A stretch of 64,000 bases of DNA, taken from NCBI RefSeq assembly GCF_009914755.1, contig NC_060947.1; one strand, written 5' to 3'. The position numbers and the translations under genes were made by a program. The notes beneath the pieces are model-generated. The model was not told the DNA's origin, ran no database searches, and worked only from the letters and a program-made list of their open reading frames with translations. This document shows, one piece after another, positions 24,016-43,856 of this stretch (position 1 is the first letter of the stretch; every line of letters begins with the position of its first letter). The DNA is from the human T2T-CHM13v2.0 reference genome, Homo sapiens.

Positions 24016-25262
24016 AGGTCCTGACCTTGATGCCTGGCAGAGCCTGGATCCCATCCTGTGTGGATGGTGTCTGCTCCCCTCAGACCAAAGCACTGACTCC
24101 GAGTCCCCTGAGGTGGCAGTGGAGGGAGGGATATGGTCGGGGCGACAACATTGTCAGGGTCTTCCAGGGCTGACAGGAGGGGCTGAACTGGATTCTGTGG
24201 TCCCTCTATGTGGGGTGAGTGGACCCTCAATCCTTACTCAGGAGGGTTCTCCTCTTGGCTCCTGGCTCTTTGATGAAGTGATGGGTGGGGGATGCTCTGT
24301 TTCTGTCACCTCTGAGTATTCGCCCAGCTGTACCCCTTGCAGAGAATGGCTGCGGGTCCCAGGCCAGGTGCTCCCTGGGGAGCTGCAGTGCCTGCGATTG
24401 TAGTGGCCTCTGGGAGAAGACACACACCTTCCCACGGGGGCTCCTCCCCAGCCAGAAGTCGACTTGTCAAACCTTTTGTCCTAAAGCATTTATTTTTACA
24501 CTGAAGAGGCTGAGCAGCAGCAAGAGAATTGAGGAGTCCTGCATTTGGAATTTTTGTGACATTTAATTGTACTGTTTAGTGACGTGCATATTTTAATCCG
24601 CATTCACACAGTAAGAAATAAATTTTACATTTCTGCTAATTGTATGTGTACATTATATGTCATATATGTAGACTATGCTTATGTTTAGATACATAAACAT
24701 GTATGTATATAAGTTTGTTATATATGAATAATTTTATGTATTCACACTATATATCTTTACAGATATATATGTACATATATTACATATACTTATTTCATTA
24801 AACAATATCTACTCATACTATGTATGATTCACTCATGCTATTCCATTTCTAGTTCATTCTTTATATTCTATTTAAATTACATTTTTGGAAGGCCAGGCCT
24901 CACCTACTAAGTTGGTGTCAAGTGGGTATTAACAGAACTCTGGAGCCATCATGTCTCAATCACACCAAGATTCCTGGTGTCCTGATATTACCCCAGGGCT
25001 ACTGGCATCACATTGTGAGATGCTGCCTCATATTAGGCAATAATATGGGGTGGGAGTTTAAAATAATTTTTCCTTCTACCCATTCTGTAGTGTGCTGTCA
25101 GCGCAGGCTACAGACCTCCCCAACTTCTCTGCCACTACCCCATGCCCCAAACACAAGTAGCAGTTCAATGCAGTCTTAGTCTCCCCAGGGATTTCTCTGT
25201 TTTGTGGTTTAGATTTTATTGCTAATCCTTTTTTTTTCTTTTTCCATTCTATACTTTTCCAG

Positions 25263-25322
25263 AATTGATTTTGGGAACAGAACACAGCAGCCTGAACTTG
25301 ATTGTTATTTTGGCAGCTACAG
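25263..25322 (+). other. Paralogue of the divergent (CSAG-like) exon, without ATG
   Basis: atacttttccag|AATTGATTTTGGG...GGCAGCTACAG|gtaagg; splice sites conserved with 5383-5441. Confidence 0.6.
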
Positions 25323-26074
25323 GTAAGGCACTAGCTCTGTATATAATTTAAGCAGAATTGACATCCTTGCAGTATTCTGTTTTCCATCAATGAATTTATG
25401 ACACTCCTCCATTTATTTGGAAAATTTTTTCCAGAATCTATCAGTAAACTTATACAGTTGCCTCCGTGAAGATCTTATATATTTTTGTGAGGCTTCTGTT
25501 TAATTTTGGATTTTATTGCTTTTTTGAATGCTATATTTTCTGTTTCATATGTTCTAAGTTGCTTTTGTGTGGCAAGCCTCTTGATTTTGCTGTAGTGAAC
25601 TACTATTTGCTGGTTTCTGAAGCCTCTTATTTATTTGAATATTCCATGTGTCTTTTCCTTTGAATTTTCTTGATAGATAATCATATTCTCAACAAATATT
25701 ATCTTTCTTTTCAATCTTCATACCTCTTTTTCATTTTGATATCCATAGCTCTGACTCTTTTGCATTTTTGCTACCCACTGCAGCTATGGACAGTAGCCAT
25801 GACAGCATATGTCAACGACTTGTGTCTGACATGAATGTGAATGCTTCTTCTAAAAGTTCATATTTAAATATGGTTGCTGCCAATTTTAGGAAAGGGAAGT
25901 TCCTTTTCATCTTAGTTTGCTGAAAGTTGTCAATTTGAAATCACATAGTATTTCTTTCAGAGGCTTTTTCTGTACTCATCGAAATGACCAAATGTTTTTT
26001 CTACTCTATCTTGTATGTACAGAATTACAATTGAATTGTTTCTAATGTGAAATAATTCTTTTGGCTTGAAGGCA

Positions 26075-26860
26075 GAACAAGAAGGCCAAACAGAAGCCTC
26101 CACCAATTGTCCTCCCTGCAGGAAGATCAAATTGAACAACTATCCACACAAAGAAGCACTTTAATGAGAATGAAAAATCAGGTGAATGATCATAGTACCT
26201 GGTTCTAACTTCATACCACTGAAAGGGGCACTGAAGATGGTAGGAGAGACAGTCTTGAATTGCTAACACCATCCCTGCCCCATCTCCCAGTAGTTGCTGT
26301 GTGGCACGGAAAGAGAATCTGTGTGTTTAAGGGAGAGAGAGGGCAGTGATTGTGGGACTTTGCGTTGGAACTCACTACTGCCCTGTTACAGCAGAAAGCA
26401 ACACCAGGCATAACTCAGCCGGTACCCACAGAGGGAGCATTTAGACCAGCCCTAACCAGTGGTCAGAACCTGAGTTCCACAAGCCTCACCACTGTGGACT
26501 AAAGTGGTCCGTGGTGCTAAATGAAAGGCAGTCTAGGCCACAAGGATTACAATTCTTGGGCAAGTCCTGGTGCTGGGCTAAGCTCAGAGCCAGTGGACTT
26601 AGGGGGCATGCACCCTAGTGAGATACCAACTGGGGTGGCCAAGCGGGTGCTCGTACCACCCCTCCCTCAACTGCAGGTAGTACAGCTTGCAGCTTGCCTG
26701 TAGTCTCAGCTACTCGGGATGCTGAGGCAGGAGAATGGCGTCAACCTGGGAGGCGGAGCTTGCAGTGAGCCGAGATCGTGCGACTGCACTCCAGCCTGAG
26801 CAACAGAGCGAGACTCCATCTCAAAAAAATAAAATAAAAAATAAAAATAAATAAATAAAG
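26075..26860 (+). mobile_element. Old L1 5' region (L1M1/L1PB-like) fused to an Alu right arm (26695-26860)
   Basis: caaattgaacaactatccacacaaagaagcac...gcctcaccactgtggactaaagtg...gggctaagctcagagccagtggactt; then gcctgtagtctcagctactcggg...A-tail. Confidence 0.7.
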
Positions 26861-27049
26861 TAGTTGATCCATGGGTAGATATATACATACATACAAATAC
26901 GTATATGTGTGTGTATGTATATATATGCACAGTAGAACCAGAACTGTTAACCCCCATCCTTGTGGGAAACAGACTTATCAACTAGACTGCAGTGCTTTTC
27001 ACTATAGTGCTTCTTTCACTTAACGCTAAGCTCATGTGTTTCTGTTGCT

Positions 27050-30000
27050 TGATAGCTCATTTCTTTTTTTCACGAATAATGTTCTATTATTGTTGGACCA
27101 CAGTTTGTTTATCCGTTCACCTACTGAAGAACATCCTGGTTGTTTCCAGTTTTTAGTAATTATGAAATAAGTTGCCATACACCCTTGTATGCAAGTTTTT
27201 TGTGTGGAAGCAAGTTTGCAAACTAGTTGGATGCATACCTAGGAATAGCAAGACTTGTGTTCAGCTTTGTTGAAAACAAACAAACAAACAAAAAACTGAC
27301 AAACCATCTTTGAAAGTGGCTGTACCAGTTTGCATTCCCAGAAGCAATGAGTAAGAGTGTCTGTTGCTCCTTAGTGTTGCCAGCAAGTGGTATTGTTAGA
27401 CATTCTAATAGCTGTGTATCTCATTGTTATTTAATTCACAATTCACTAACGAAGAATGATGTTGATGGTCTTGTCTTATGCTTATTTCCCATCTGTATAT
27501 CTTCTTTGGCGATGTGTCTGTTCAGAGTTTCTGCCCATTGATTGAGTTTTTATAAATTTGTTTTCTTATTGTTCAGTTGTAAGCCTCCTTTGTAGATTTT
27601 GGATACAGATCTTCTATCCGATATATGTTTTGCAAACACTTGGTCATAGTCTGTGGCTTCTCTTTTCTTTTTCCTAACAATGTCTTTCAAAGAGCTTTCG
27701 AGGTTTCTTTTTTATTTTTAGAAAGTCTAACTTATCAATTTTGCCTTTCATAGACCACCCTTTTGATGTTGTATCTAAAAAATTTATCACCAAAACCCAG
27801 GTCATGTAGATCTTCCCCTATTTTCTTCAAGAAGTTTTATAATATTGCATTTTAAATTTGAGTCTATAATATACTTTGAGGTTATTTTTTGTGAAAGATA
27901 TAAAGTTTTATCTAGGTTCATTTCTTTGCATATTGAGATCCATTTGTTCAGGTGCCCTTTGTTGAAAAGACTATCATTTCTCTATAGGATTATCTTTGCA
28001 TCTTTGTCAAAAAATCAGTAAACTATATTTTTATGGATCTATTTCTATTTTGTTCCATTGATGTGTGTCCATTCTTTTGGCAATATCATACTTTGTAGAT
28101 TGCTGTACCTTTACAGAACAAGTGGTGTACCGAAGCTGACATCAACCATGAGAAATCATATTTCTAATAGGTTCCTTTTACATGATGTGAAGAGAATGGC
28201 ATTTTACCTCTGAGATCTTCCCCCTGGAAGTTCATACTCTCATTCTAATCATGACAGACGTATAAGACAAATCCCAGTAGAAGGGCTTTATGCACAATAG
28301 CTGACCAATGCTACTCGAAACTGTGAAGATCAAAGTCATCAAACGTAGGGAAAGTCTAAGACCTGCCACAGCTAAGAGGAGCCTATGGAGACATGACGAG
28401 TAAATGTGAAACGATGGTCCTACATGAAACTCTGGAACAGAAAAAAAAATGCATTAGGTAAAAACAAAGGAAATCTGAATAAAGTATGTGCTCTGGTTAA
28501 TAGCAATGTGTTAATATAGGTTCAATAGTTGTAACAAATGTACCATACTAATGGAAAATGTTAATAATAGAGGAAACGGTGTAGAGCATAAGGCACTCAA
28601 TACTAGGTTTTCTATTTTTCTCTAAGTCTAAAGCTACAGGTTGATTAACAATGAAAAACTGTTAGCAAACTACTTAAAGAGTATTTACCAAAAAACTACA
28701 GCAAACATCAAAAAGTTGAAAGTTACTTTTACTTTGAAATTGTAAAAGACAATGATTCTTGCTATCACCATTTCTATTCAATACTGTAATAGAGGTACTA
28801 GCCAGTGCAGTAATGCTAAGCAGATGAAATCAAAGGGCTAGAGATAAAAAATAAACAAAATTTGCCTAATTAACAGATGGTTTTTAGATTGTGTATAAAG
28901 AAAATTCAAAATAAGAGTAAATTATTCATTTAATAAAATATATATAAAAGTTGCAGGACAAATATCAATTTACAAAAAAATTAAGTTTCTGCAGTAACAG
29001 TATGAAAATGAGAATAAACAAAATATACCTTGTAAAATGAATCTAACCAAAGAAAGCCTAAGAACTTCATGGAAATTAAATTAATGAACTAATTAAGGCT
29101 TTAAATATAAAATAAATGGATGTGAGTATTCAATATTGTAGACATGTTAATTATTTCCAGAAGTAATGTACAGATGATTGCAATCCCAATTTAAAAATTA
29201 AAGTCTTTATGTGTGAATGTGTGTGCTTACATACATGTGTGTGTAAAATATTGCAAGATGACTCTGAAATTTAAATTGACATGTGATATAGTTTCTATAT
29301 GTGTCCCCACCCAAATCTCATTTTGAATTGTAATCTCCATTGTTGGAGGTGGGGCCTGGTGGGAAGTGATTGGATCATGGGGCTGGATTTCTCATGAATG
29401 GTTTAGCGCCACCCCCTTGGTGCTGTTATCGTGATAGTGAGTGAGTTCTCGTGAGATCTGGTTGTTTAAAAGTGTGTGGCATCTCCCCTGCCTCTCTCTT
29501 ATTCCTGCTCTGGCCATGTGACGTACCTGCTTCCGCTTCACCTTCTGCCATGATTGTTTCATGAGGCCTCCCCAGAAGCTGAGCAGATGCCAGCATCATG
29601 TTTCCTGTACAGCCTGCAGAACCGTGAGCCAATTAAGCTTCTTTTCTTTATAAATTATCCAGTCTCAAATATTTCTTTATAGCAATGTGAGAACAGATTA
29701 ACACAACATGCAATAGGCTAAGCATGGCCAAGACATTCTTGAGATAAAAGAAGATAAAAGGAGTTCCTCCACCAGATAGTAAGAATGACTAGAAAGCTCT
29801 AGTGATAAAGAATTTGTAGTATGGGTACAAGGTGTAACAAATAGAACAATGGAGCTGAATAGAGATTCCTGAAACACACCCACTTAATACATGGACTTTT
29901 GATTTATATATTTAAAAAGAGCAGGAGAGATAGGGCAATAATAAAACTATAACTTTTAATAAATGACAGTGAAACAACTAAATATCCATGTAGAAAACAA

Positions 30001-30060
30001 AATGTAACAAGAACCCTCCTTGGAATTACACACAAAAATTAATTCCAGGAGGATTAAAGA
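27050..30060. mobile_element. Mosaic of old L1M fragments with an MSTB-type LTR (29284-29705, +)
   Basis: L1 3'-type text in both orientations; MST tgatatagtt...gaacagattaacaca with perfect 5-bp TSD ACATG. Confidence 0.7.
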
Positions 30061-31699
30061 ACTACTTTTTAAAGGTTTCCTGTAACTTTTTTCAAATATA
30101 CATAAAATACATGGAATGGTAAAAATGAGCCTTCATATGTTTCTATCATCTAGAGAGCAAGCAGTATGGGTCAAGGAGAGCATCGATAATGCTGGAGGGG
30201 AAAGGACTGAAAGAGGCTAGGGACATTGGTCAGTACCAGAAGGGTTGGAGATGATACAAGTCAAGGAGGAAGGGGGAAATGGCAGCTCCTTCTGCCCCTT
30301 GTCTCCAACACAGATGACCTTCCCACCCTCAGGGGTCTTCGTTTTCAAAGAGCTAGACCTGGTGGCTAGACAGGAGGAGGCTTAGGAGAAGGCTGCCTGG
30401 ACCAGTGATTTGTTCATTCCATCTCTCACCACAGCCCCTGCTGATCTCTAGAGCCCTGGAGCTCAGAGAAGTGTGACCTGACAGTATGATTCCTGAGACT
30501 TCTGACAAGGCTTGTTGGGCTAACACCCTGACCAGGCCCAGGAGGTCTCTATCAACTTAGAGGCAGTGCCAGGTTGTCCACATGTGATGGGAGTAAAGTG
30601 CTACCTCCTCCTCATCTGGGTGAGAGCCATTGGTGGGAAGAGGGGTTTTGGGGCCTTGGCTTCTCTCCTTTTTTGCTCATTGCAAGGTGTCCTCCAGATC
30701 CTGTTCCTTGACAGAAAACCCTCGCTGTAGACCCCCACTAGTGGGACTTGGAGTACTTAATGGAGCAAGGAAGGGGGTCTCCCTCCTTCCTGAGATCAGA
30801 GGTACTCTAAGTGTGGAGAAGACAGGTATCATGGGATGAGCCTGAACTAATTACATAGTGGCCAGAGGGCCTCCAGGAATGAAGGGCTTTCCCCATCAGC
30901 ACATGAACTACCACCGGTATGGGCAGGATTTTCCTAACAGTGTTTTTTAGAGAGTAGTTATTAATTTTAATAATGTCTAAGTTATCCATTTTTTCTTTCA
31001 TGAGTCATGCTTTTGGTGTTGTGTCTAAGAAGTCACAGCTAAACCCAAGTTCACCTTGATTTTCTTCCATGGATGGGGAGCCACCAGTGATGCTGGTTGG
31101 AGGGCCTTTCCTCCAGCATGTGAACTACCACTAGTCTGGGGAGTTGGGTCATGGAAGAATCTTAATGAAGACTCTCCACCATCAAAATGGGATTTGGAGC
31201 TTCTGGTTGGAAATGCTTCAGGCTGACAAACAGCCTCTGAATGAGAATAGGGTCACCCAAAATGAGCCCCAGGGTGATGGACTAAGAGGGCCTTATAGGA
31301 GGAAGGGCGCCATCTTGATCATCTCATCTACCCATGATTAACACCCACCCAGATCAATGCCTGCCCCACCTCTGCTCCATGTACTTTCTTTTAGCTGCCC
31401 TCGCTCTTGACAGGGCCCTCAGCAGTATTCGGGAACCCTGAGATTCTAAAAGAGGTTGATTTGTGTTTTTGTGAACGAGTTCACTGAAGGTATGAGTCAT
31501 CTCCAGATTTACTGTGCCCAGGCCCAACTCAACTGTTGCGGAGTTTGCTTTCTTCCTCAGCTTTGGCTTCAGCGTCTCAGGTGCCGTTAGCCTATCTTGT
31601 AGCCAGAATGGGGTATATAACCTCAGAGGTGAAGGTGGAAAATCTTGGGCATTTCTTTTACAATGATTTATCTTTGCCTCCCAGTGTCAGATCCACAAG

Positions 31700-34660
<2,961 letters not shown>

Positions 34661-34785
34661 AATAAAAGCCAATCTTGATTTTTACCACCATACTCCAGTA
34701 TGTCTATATAATTTCTGTGATAAAATGCTCTTCCCCCAATCTTTTATCCTTATTTTTTCAAAAGTTATTTTTCTCTTCAGGGAAT

Positions 34786-35527
34786 TGTCAACCTAATTAT
34801 ATGGAGAGAGGCTCTTTAAAAGAAAATTTGGGAATAGAGCATTGCAGTGGGATTACACGTGCCACAGTAAATGATGTGTATTCAGAGAGGTAAAGGAAGA
34901 CAAAGGTTTTAAAAGGAAAAAATGAGGAGACTTACATAATTCCTTTGAAATAATTATCCTTAGGCCAGTCGTGACAGTTCACACCTGTAATCCTAGTACT
35001 TTGGGAGGCCGAGGAGGGCAGATGGCCTGAGCTCAGGAGTTCGAGAACAGCCTGGCCAACATGGCAAAATCCCATCTCTACAAAAAATACAAAATATTAG
35101 CCAGATGTGGTGGTGCAGGCCTGTGGTCCCAGCTACTTGGAGGCTGAGGCGGGAGGATGGCTTGAGCCCAGGAGGCAGATGTTGTAGTGAGCTGAGATCG
35201 TGCCACTGCACTTCAACCTGGGTGACAGAATGAGAATCTGTCTCAAAAAAAAAAAAGAAGAAGGAAATAATTATCATTGACTACAAAGGTCAATAACAAG
35301 GGTGATGCCAGGCCAAGGTTGGACAAGCAGTTGCTAGGCGGATGCCCTCACAGAAGTATTTTTTGCACAAGGTGGTAATGGCCTTTGTACAAGGCTGTAG
35401 GTTTTGCAGACTCTTTTGTTATCAGGCATTCTTACATGATAACCCTTCCTTCATAACCTTTTGCAGCTGTATTTGTCAGTGGTTTTTTAACATTAGTGAC
35501 TCCATTTTGATTCTGACAACTTTCACA
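34786..35527 (-). mobile_element. ERV1 MER4-group solo LTR (subfamily uncertain) interrupted by an AluJ (~34963-35260)
   Basis: Minus strand starts TGTGAAAGTTGTCAGAATCAAAATGGAGTCAC and ends ...GGTTGACA; Alu TSD gaaataattatc. Confidence 0.65.
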
Positions 35528-35684
35528 GAATATAATTTCTAAAAATAGTTTTATTGAGATATACTTGATATATATACTCTGGCCCCAAACCCAGAATACC
35601 CACCTCCCTCCCTTCCCACACCACTGCCTCTTCCTTCCTCCCTCCCTCCCCACCATCTGAGAATATACAGACCCACACATCATT

Positions 35685-36258
35685 TTACAACAGGTTCATT
35701 TTATTTTCATCACCCTGTGGGGCGCAAAATGTACTCTAGACCTTGTTGGCTATTTCTCCGGCGGGGGGTGTGGGGGGCGGGTCAGACCTTTGGGGACTTC
35801 TCAGATAGATTTGAGGTCTCTTGCCTTGCCCTGAAATTACAGGCTGCGCAGGGAAATGCTGGAGATGGTGGAGGTAGGTCTTCTGGCTTACTTGGTCCTG
35901 CTGTGGCTGATTTTTATTGAGTTCCTTATTCAGCTGGTTACAGTGGCTAGATAGTGTTGGCCCACTTCCTTCCTCAGGTTTGCTTGAAGCGGGGGTCTTT
36001 TAGGGAGAAGCTTTTTTCCTGGAACTCCCTCACAGGGTTCTTTTTCCCTTTCAGGTTGTCTTGGGAACCTGGAAGGACAGCAGGGAGATCACAGAAGGGA
36101 ATTGGTTTTGGGGGAGAGGATGGAAGAGGGGTGGGAACAGAAGCTTCATGAGAAGGGGTGCAGGCTGGGGTGGGGGTTAGAGCCAGGACAGGACAGGGTA
36201 GGAGTCGGAGCTTGAGTGGGCCACTCACCTTGATAGGGCTTCTGGGCCTGGGTTGAGA
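35685..36258 (-). pseudogene. 5'-truncated CSAG (chondrosarcoma-associated gene/TRAG-3) paralogue: end of penultimate exon, 160-bp intron, last exon
   Basis: CTCAACCCAGGCCCAGAAGCCCTATCAAG|gtgagt (36229) ... ctgtccttccag|GTTCCCAAGA (36068) splices to LNPGPEALSRFPRQPEREKEPCEGVPGKK, versus recalled CSAG2/3 LNPGPEALSKFPRQPGREKGPIKEVPGTKGSP. AATAAA at 35913-35918 and 35700-35705. Confidence 0.8.
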
Positions 36259-36271
36259 TGTTGGCAAGGAT

Positions 36272-36589
36272 GTGAATGTAAAATGGTACAGTCACTCTGA
36301 AAAGGAGTTTAACAGTTTCTAATAAAACTAAATACGCAATTTGCATATGAACATAAAATTAGGCTATTGGCCATTAATTACGGATAAATAAAAACTGTCC
36401 ACAATTAGCCAGACATGCAAGATAAGGGTTGCATCAAGGTTGAACACTGAAGACAAATCTCCTTAAGTTTTTATTTGTTGTAATAAATGGCCAATAGCCT
36501 AATTTTATGTTCATATGCTAATTGCATATTTAGTTTTATTAGAAACTGTTAAACTCCTTTTCAGAGTGACTGTACCATTTTACATTCAC
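36272..36589. repeat. Inverted repeat/hairpin, arms 36272-36396 and 36466-36589, 69-bp loop
   Basis: Core 36272-36375 equals the reverse complement of 36486-36589 with 2 mismatches in 104 bp. Confidence 0.95.
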
Positions 36590-39720
<3,131 letters not shown>

Positions 39721-40139
39721 TAAAACTCAAGTGACACTAAACAATATTGTTAATAAATGTATTGCAAGGTAGTACAACAAAAGGAAAAAATAAGATGATT
39801 ATTACAAAATTCTCCCTTTACCGTGGAGAAACTTGACCACAATTTACATAGGTGAGCTTCTGCATTGCTGATAATGTTCTATATCTAGACTTGTGTAGTG
39901 AATATATGAGTGCTGATTTCATAATCACTGCTAAACTGTATGTATTTGCAGGTTTTTTGTATATTTCACACTTAGAAAAATATTTAAATGAATATATTTA
40001 ACTAAGGATTAGTACACAAAAAATATGTAAGAAACTCATATAACTAACAAGAAGATGACAAATAACCTGCTAGAAAAAAAATGGGAAAAATAAATAAACA
40101 GGAGTTTAACAGAAAAAGAAGCACAAATGTATCATAGAC

Positions 40140-40437
40140 ATTTTTATTTTATTTATCTTTTGTATAGGGATGGGGTCTCGCTGTGTTGCCCAGATGGGGC
40201 CTCAAATTCCTGGCCTCAAGCAGTCCTCCTGTCTCAGCCTCCCAAAGTGCTGGGACTACAGGCATAAACTACCACACCCAGCCAGTAAGTAATAGGCACT
40301 TTTAAACAGCTATATTGAGATATAATTTACATCTCATATACGCCATCCATTTAAACTGTATGACTCAATGGTTTTAGTCATGCATTTAATTACCTTTTCT
40401 TTTTAGTTGTCCATCACTGCTCATTCTTACTCTCTTC

Positions 40438-40496
<59 letters not shown>

Positions 40497-40800
40497 CAGA
40501 ATGTAGAATCCTTGAGGGCAGGGACTTTATCTTCTTCACTTGCTGTGTCCTAATATCTAGAATGGTGCCTCAGAATTGTAGGTCCTTAATAAATGTTTGT
40601 TAGTTGACTGGAATGAAGGCAGTGGAGATGGAGAAAACTGAATCGACGTGAGGAATAGGTAGGACCCGGCAATGGATAGGATGTGGGGACTGATGGAGAG
40701 GGATGTGTCATGATGACTTCCAGATTTCCGGTTTGGGCCATTCAGCAGTTGTTGATGTCAATAACAGAGCCATAGAACACTGGAGGCAGAACAGATTGGG
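40140..40800. repeat. Alu monomer (~40140-40282), (CT)n(CA)n microsatellite (~40430-40494), L2 fragments
   Basis: Runs seen directly; agaatgtagaatccttgagggcagggac...ttaataaatgtttgt is an L2 3' end. Confidence 0.75.
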
Positions 40801-41448
40801 AGATACAAATGACTGGAAGTAGAATGACATCTTGTAGTGAAAAGAACATGTATATAGAAAGTAGAAAAACTGAGTCATAGTCCTGAATTTCCTGTGTAAC
40901 TCTGATCAGGCAACTGCCCACTTCTGGACCTGTTTTTCTTTTGTGAGTTGATTGGTTTGGACTGAAAAAACATTCTGGGTTTTTGCATCCAGATCTTGGT
41001 AAATAATTTAGGACATGTAGAATCTGTCCACAGAGGTATGTTTCACTGAGTCCATACCCCTCAATTGGCTTATAGCTATTATCACAAATCTGTCTGTGGC
41101 ATCAAACCTTTGCCCAGAGATCTCTGAAATTTCTAGAGAGTGATGCACCTGGGCTGACAAACAAGTCGCTCATCTACACTTAGCCTGAAACACAAAGTAT
41201 CCTTTGTCGTTTCTGCTCCCACTGTTCATTTCTAGGTCCAGGGAAGTCAGCTGAGGGCAGTTCCTCACCACTGCCACTGCCAGCAGTTCCCTGCACAGCA
41301 ATGATGATGAGTTCACCAAAGACGTTTTACTGTGGAAGCTCCTAAAACTACTGGCCCAATCAGAAACCAGACCTTAAGATGCCAAAGGATTGCTCGGGGG
41401 CCTTATGTTATAGCATGATGAGATAGTGACTATAAAATGAACGTGCTA

Positions 41449-41838
<390 letters not shown>

Positions 41839-42514
41839 CTAGGGACTCCCCACTTTCCTTGGAATAAAGTCCAGACCCCTTTCCATGGCCCATGGGGTCC
41901 TGCATGGTGGGGACATTGGCCTCCTGTCCAGCCTGGGCTCCTGCCACTCTCCCTGCTTAGCTAAAATCTGAAGCCCAAGGTTCCTTCACCCCCTCAAGCA
42001 AAACTCCTTTTTGCTGTGCTGGGGTCCCTGTGGATACTGCCTTTCTGCCCTTGAGCTTCTGTGGCCTGTGAGGCTCACCCTGTCCAGAGGCTCAAGCTTA
42101 CCAAGCTCCCATGCCCTGTGATGATTCTATTGCGAGATTGTGGGGCAATTCCCTATCTGGCTTTGCTTCCCCACGTGGTTGGCTAAGAAGCCACTATGTC
42201 TGCGTGGGTCTCAGGCCAGCCTGTAGGACATGAGGAGCTGGAAAGCAGAAGGCTGGCAGGGCTGAGAGCTGAGAGCTGTTGGCAGATCCCCCAGGGCCTG
42301 CAGTGCAGCGTCTTGTAGCAGGCATCTTTCTCCAATAGCCCAGAAGGCAGTGTGGGAGTAGGGGTCATTTGTCCCAAATACTAGCTCACTGGTCCTCAGG
42401 TTGCAGAACCAAGCAGGGAGGCTATTGGTTCCCTGCTAGGCCACTGCTAGGATTCATGGGCAGCTTCTTTCCTGACAAGGCATTTTCAAGGCTGCTGCTC
42501 CTTTCCTCACCTCT

Positions 42515-43821
42515 TTTTACTTTTAATTGTGGTAAAATACACATCATATAAAATGTACCATCTTCATGATTTTTAAGTGTACAGTTCAGTGGTACATTAA
42601 GCACATTCACAGTGTTGTGCAACCATCACCACCATCCATCCACAGACTTGTCAAACTAAACCTCTGTCCCCATTAAACACTAACTCCCCATTCTCCCTCC
42701 CCCTACCCCCGGCACTGACCATTCTACTGTCTGTCACTATGGATTTGACCATTCTAGGGACCTTGTATCAGTGGAATCCTACACTAATTGTCCTTTTGTG
42801 AGTGGCTTACTTCACTGAGCGTAATGCTCTCTAGGGTCATCCATGCGTAGCATGTGTCAGAATGTCGTTCCTTTTTAAGACTGAATAATAGTCCATTGTA
42901 TGGATGGACCACATTTGGCTTATCTATTCATCCATTGATGGAAATTTGTCTTGATCCACCAGCTGGATATTATGAATAATGCTGCTGTGAACATGAGTAC
43001 ACAAATATCTCTTCGATCTGCTTTCAGTTCTTTTGGATACATACCCAGAAACGAGATTGCTAGATCATATGGTAATTCTGTGTTGAATATTTCAAGGAAC
43101 ATCCATTCTATCTTCCACCATTTTACATTCCCACATATGGTGTATAAGGGTGCACAAGGGTTCCAATTTCTCCACATCCTCACCAACATTTGTTTTCTGT
43201 TTTTGTGATACTAGCCATCCCACTGAGTGTGAGGTGGTATCTCACAATAGTTTTGATTTGCATTTCCCTAACTGGTGATGTTGAACATCTTTTCATATAC
43301 TTATTGGTCATTTGTATATCTTCTTTGAAGTATCATCTATTCAAGCCTTTTGCCCATTTTTAAATCTCGCTTGTTTCTTGTTGTTGTTTGGTTGTAAAAG
43401 TTCTTTATATATTCTTGATAGTAACCCCTTATCAGATGTGTGAATTGCAAATATTTTCTCCCATTCCATTGATTGCCTTTTAATATTGTTGATTGTTCCT
43501 TTGATGTGCAGAAGTTTTTAATTTTGATGTAGGCCAGCGTGGTGGGTCATGCCTATAATCCCAGCACTTTGGGAGGCCAAGCAAGGGAATCACTTCAGCC
43601 CAGGAGTTCAAGACCAGCCTGGACAACGTAGGGAGACCCTGTTTTTATTTTTAAAAGAATTTTTAAAAAGTTTTAGCCAGGAGTGTTGGCGCGTGCCAGT
43701 AGTCCCAACTACCCAGGAGGCTGAGGCAAGAGTACCACTTGAGCCTAGGAGTTCGAGGCTGCAGTAAGCCATGATTGCACCACTGCACTCCAGCCTACAC
43801 AACAGAGTGAGATCCCGTTTC

Positions 43822-43856
<35 letters not shown>

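Noticed and set aside
30830-31140. Short diverged repeats (...catgaactaccac... at ~30900 and ~31120) around a 140-bp L1 scrap
   Set aside because: Too short and degenerate to support a specific structure or gene by eye.
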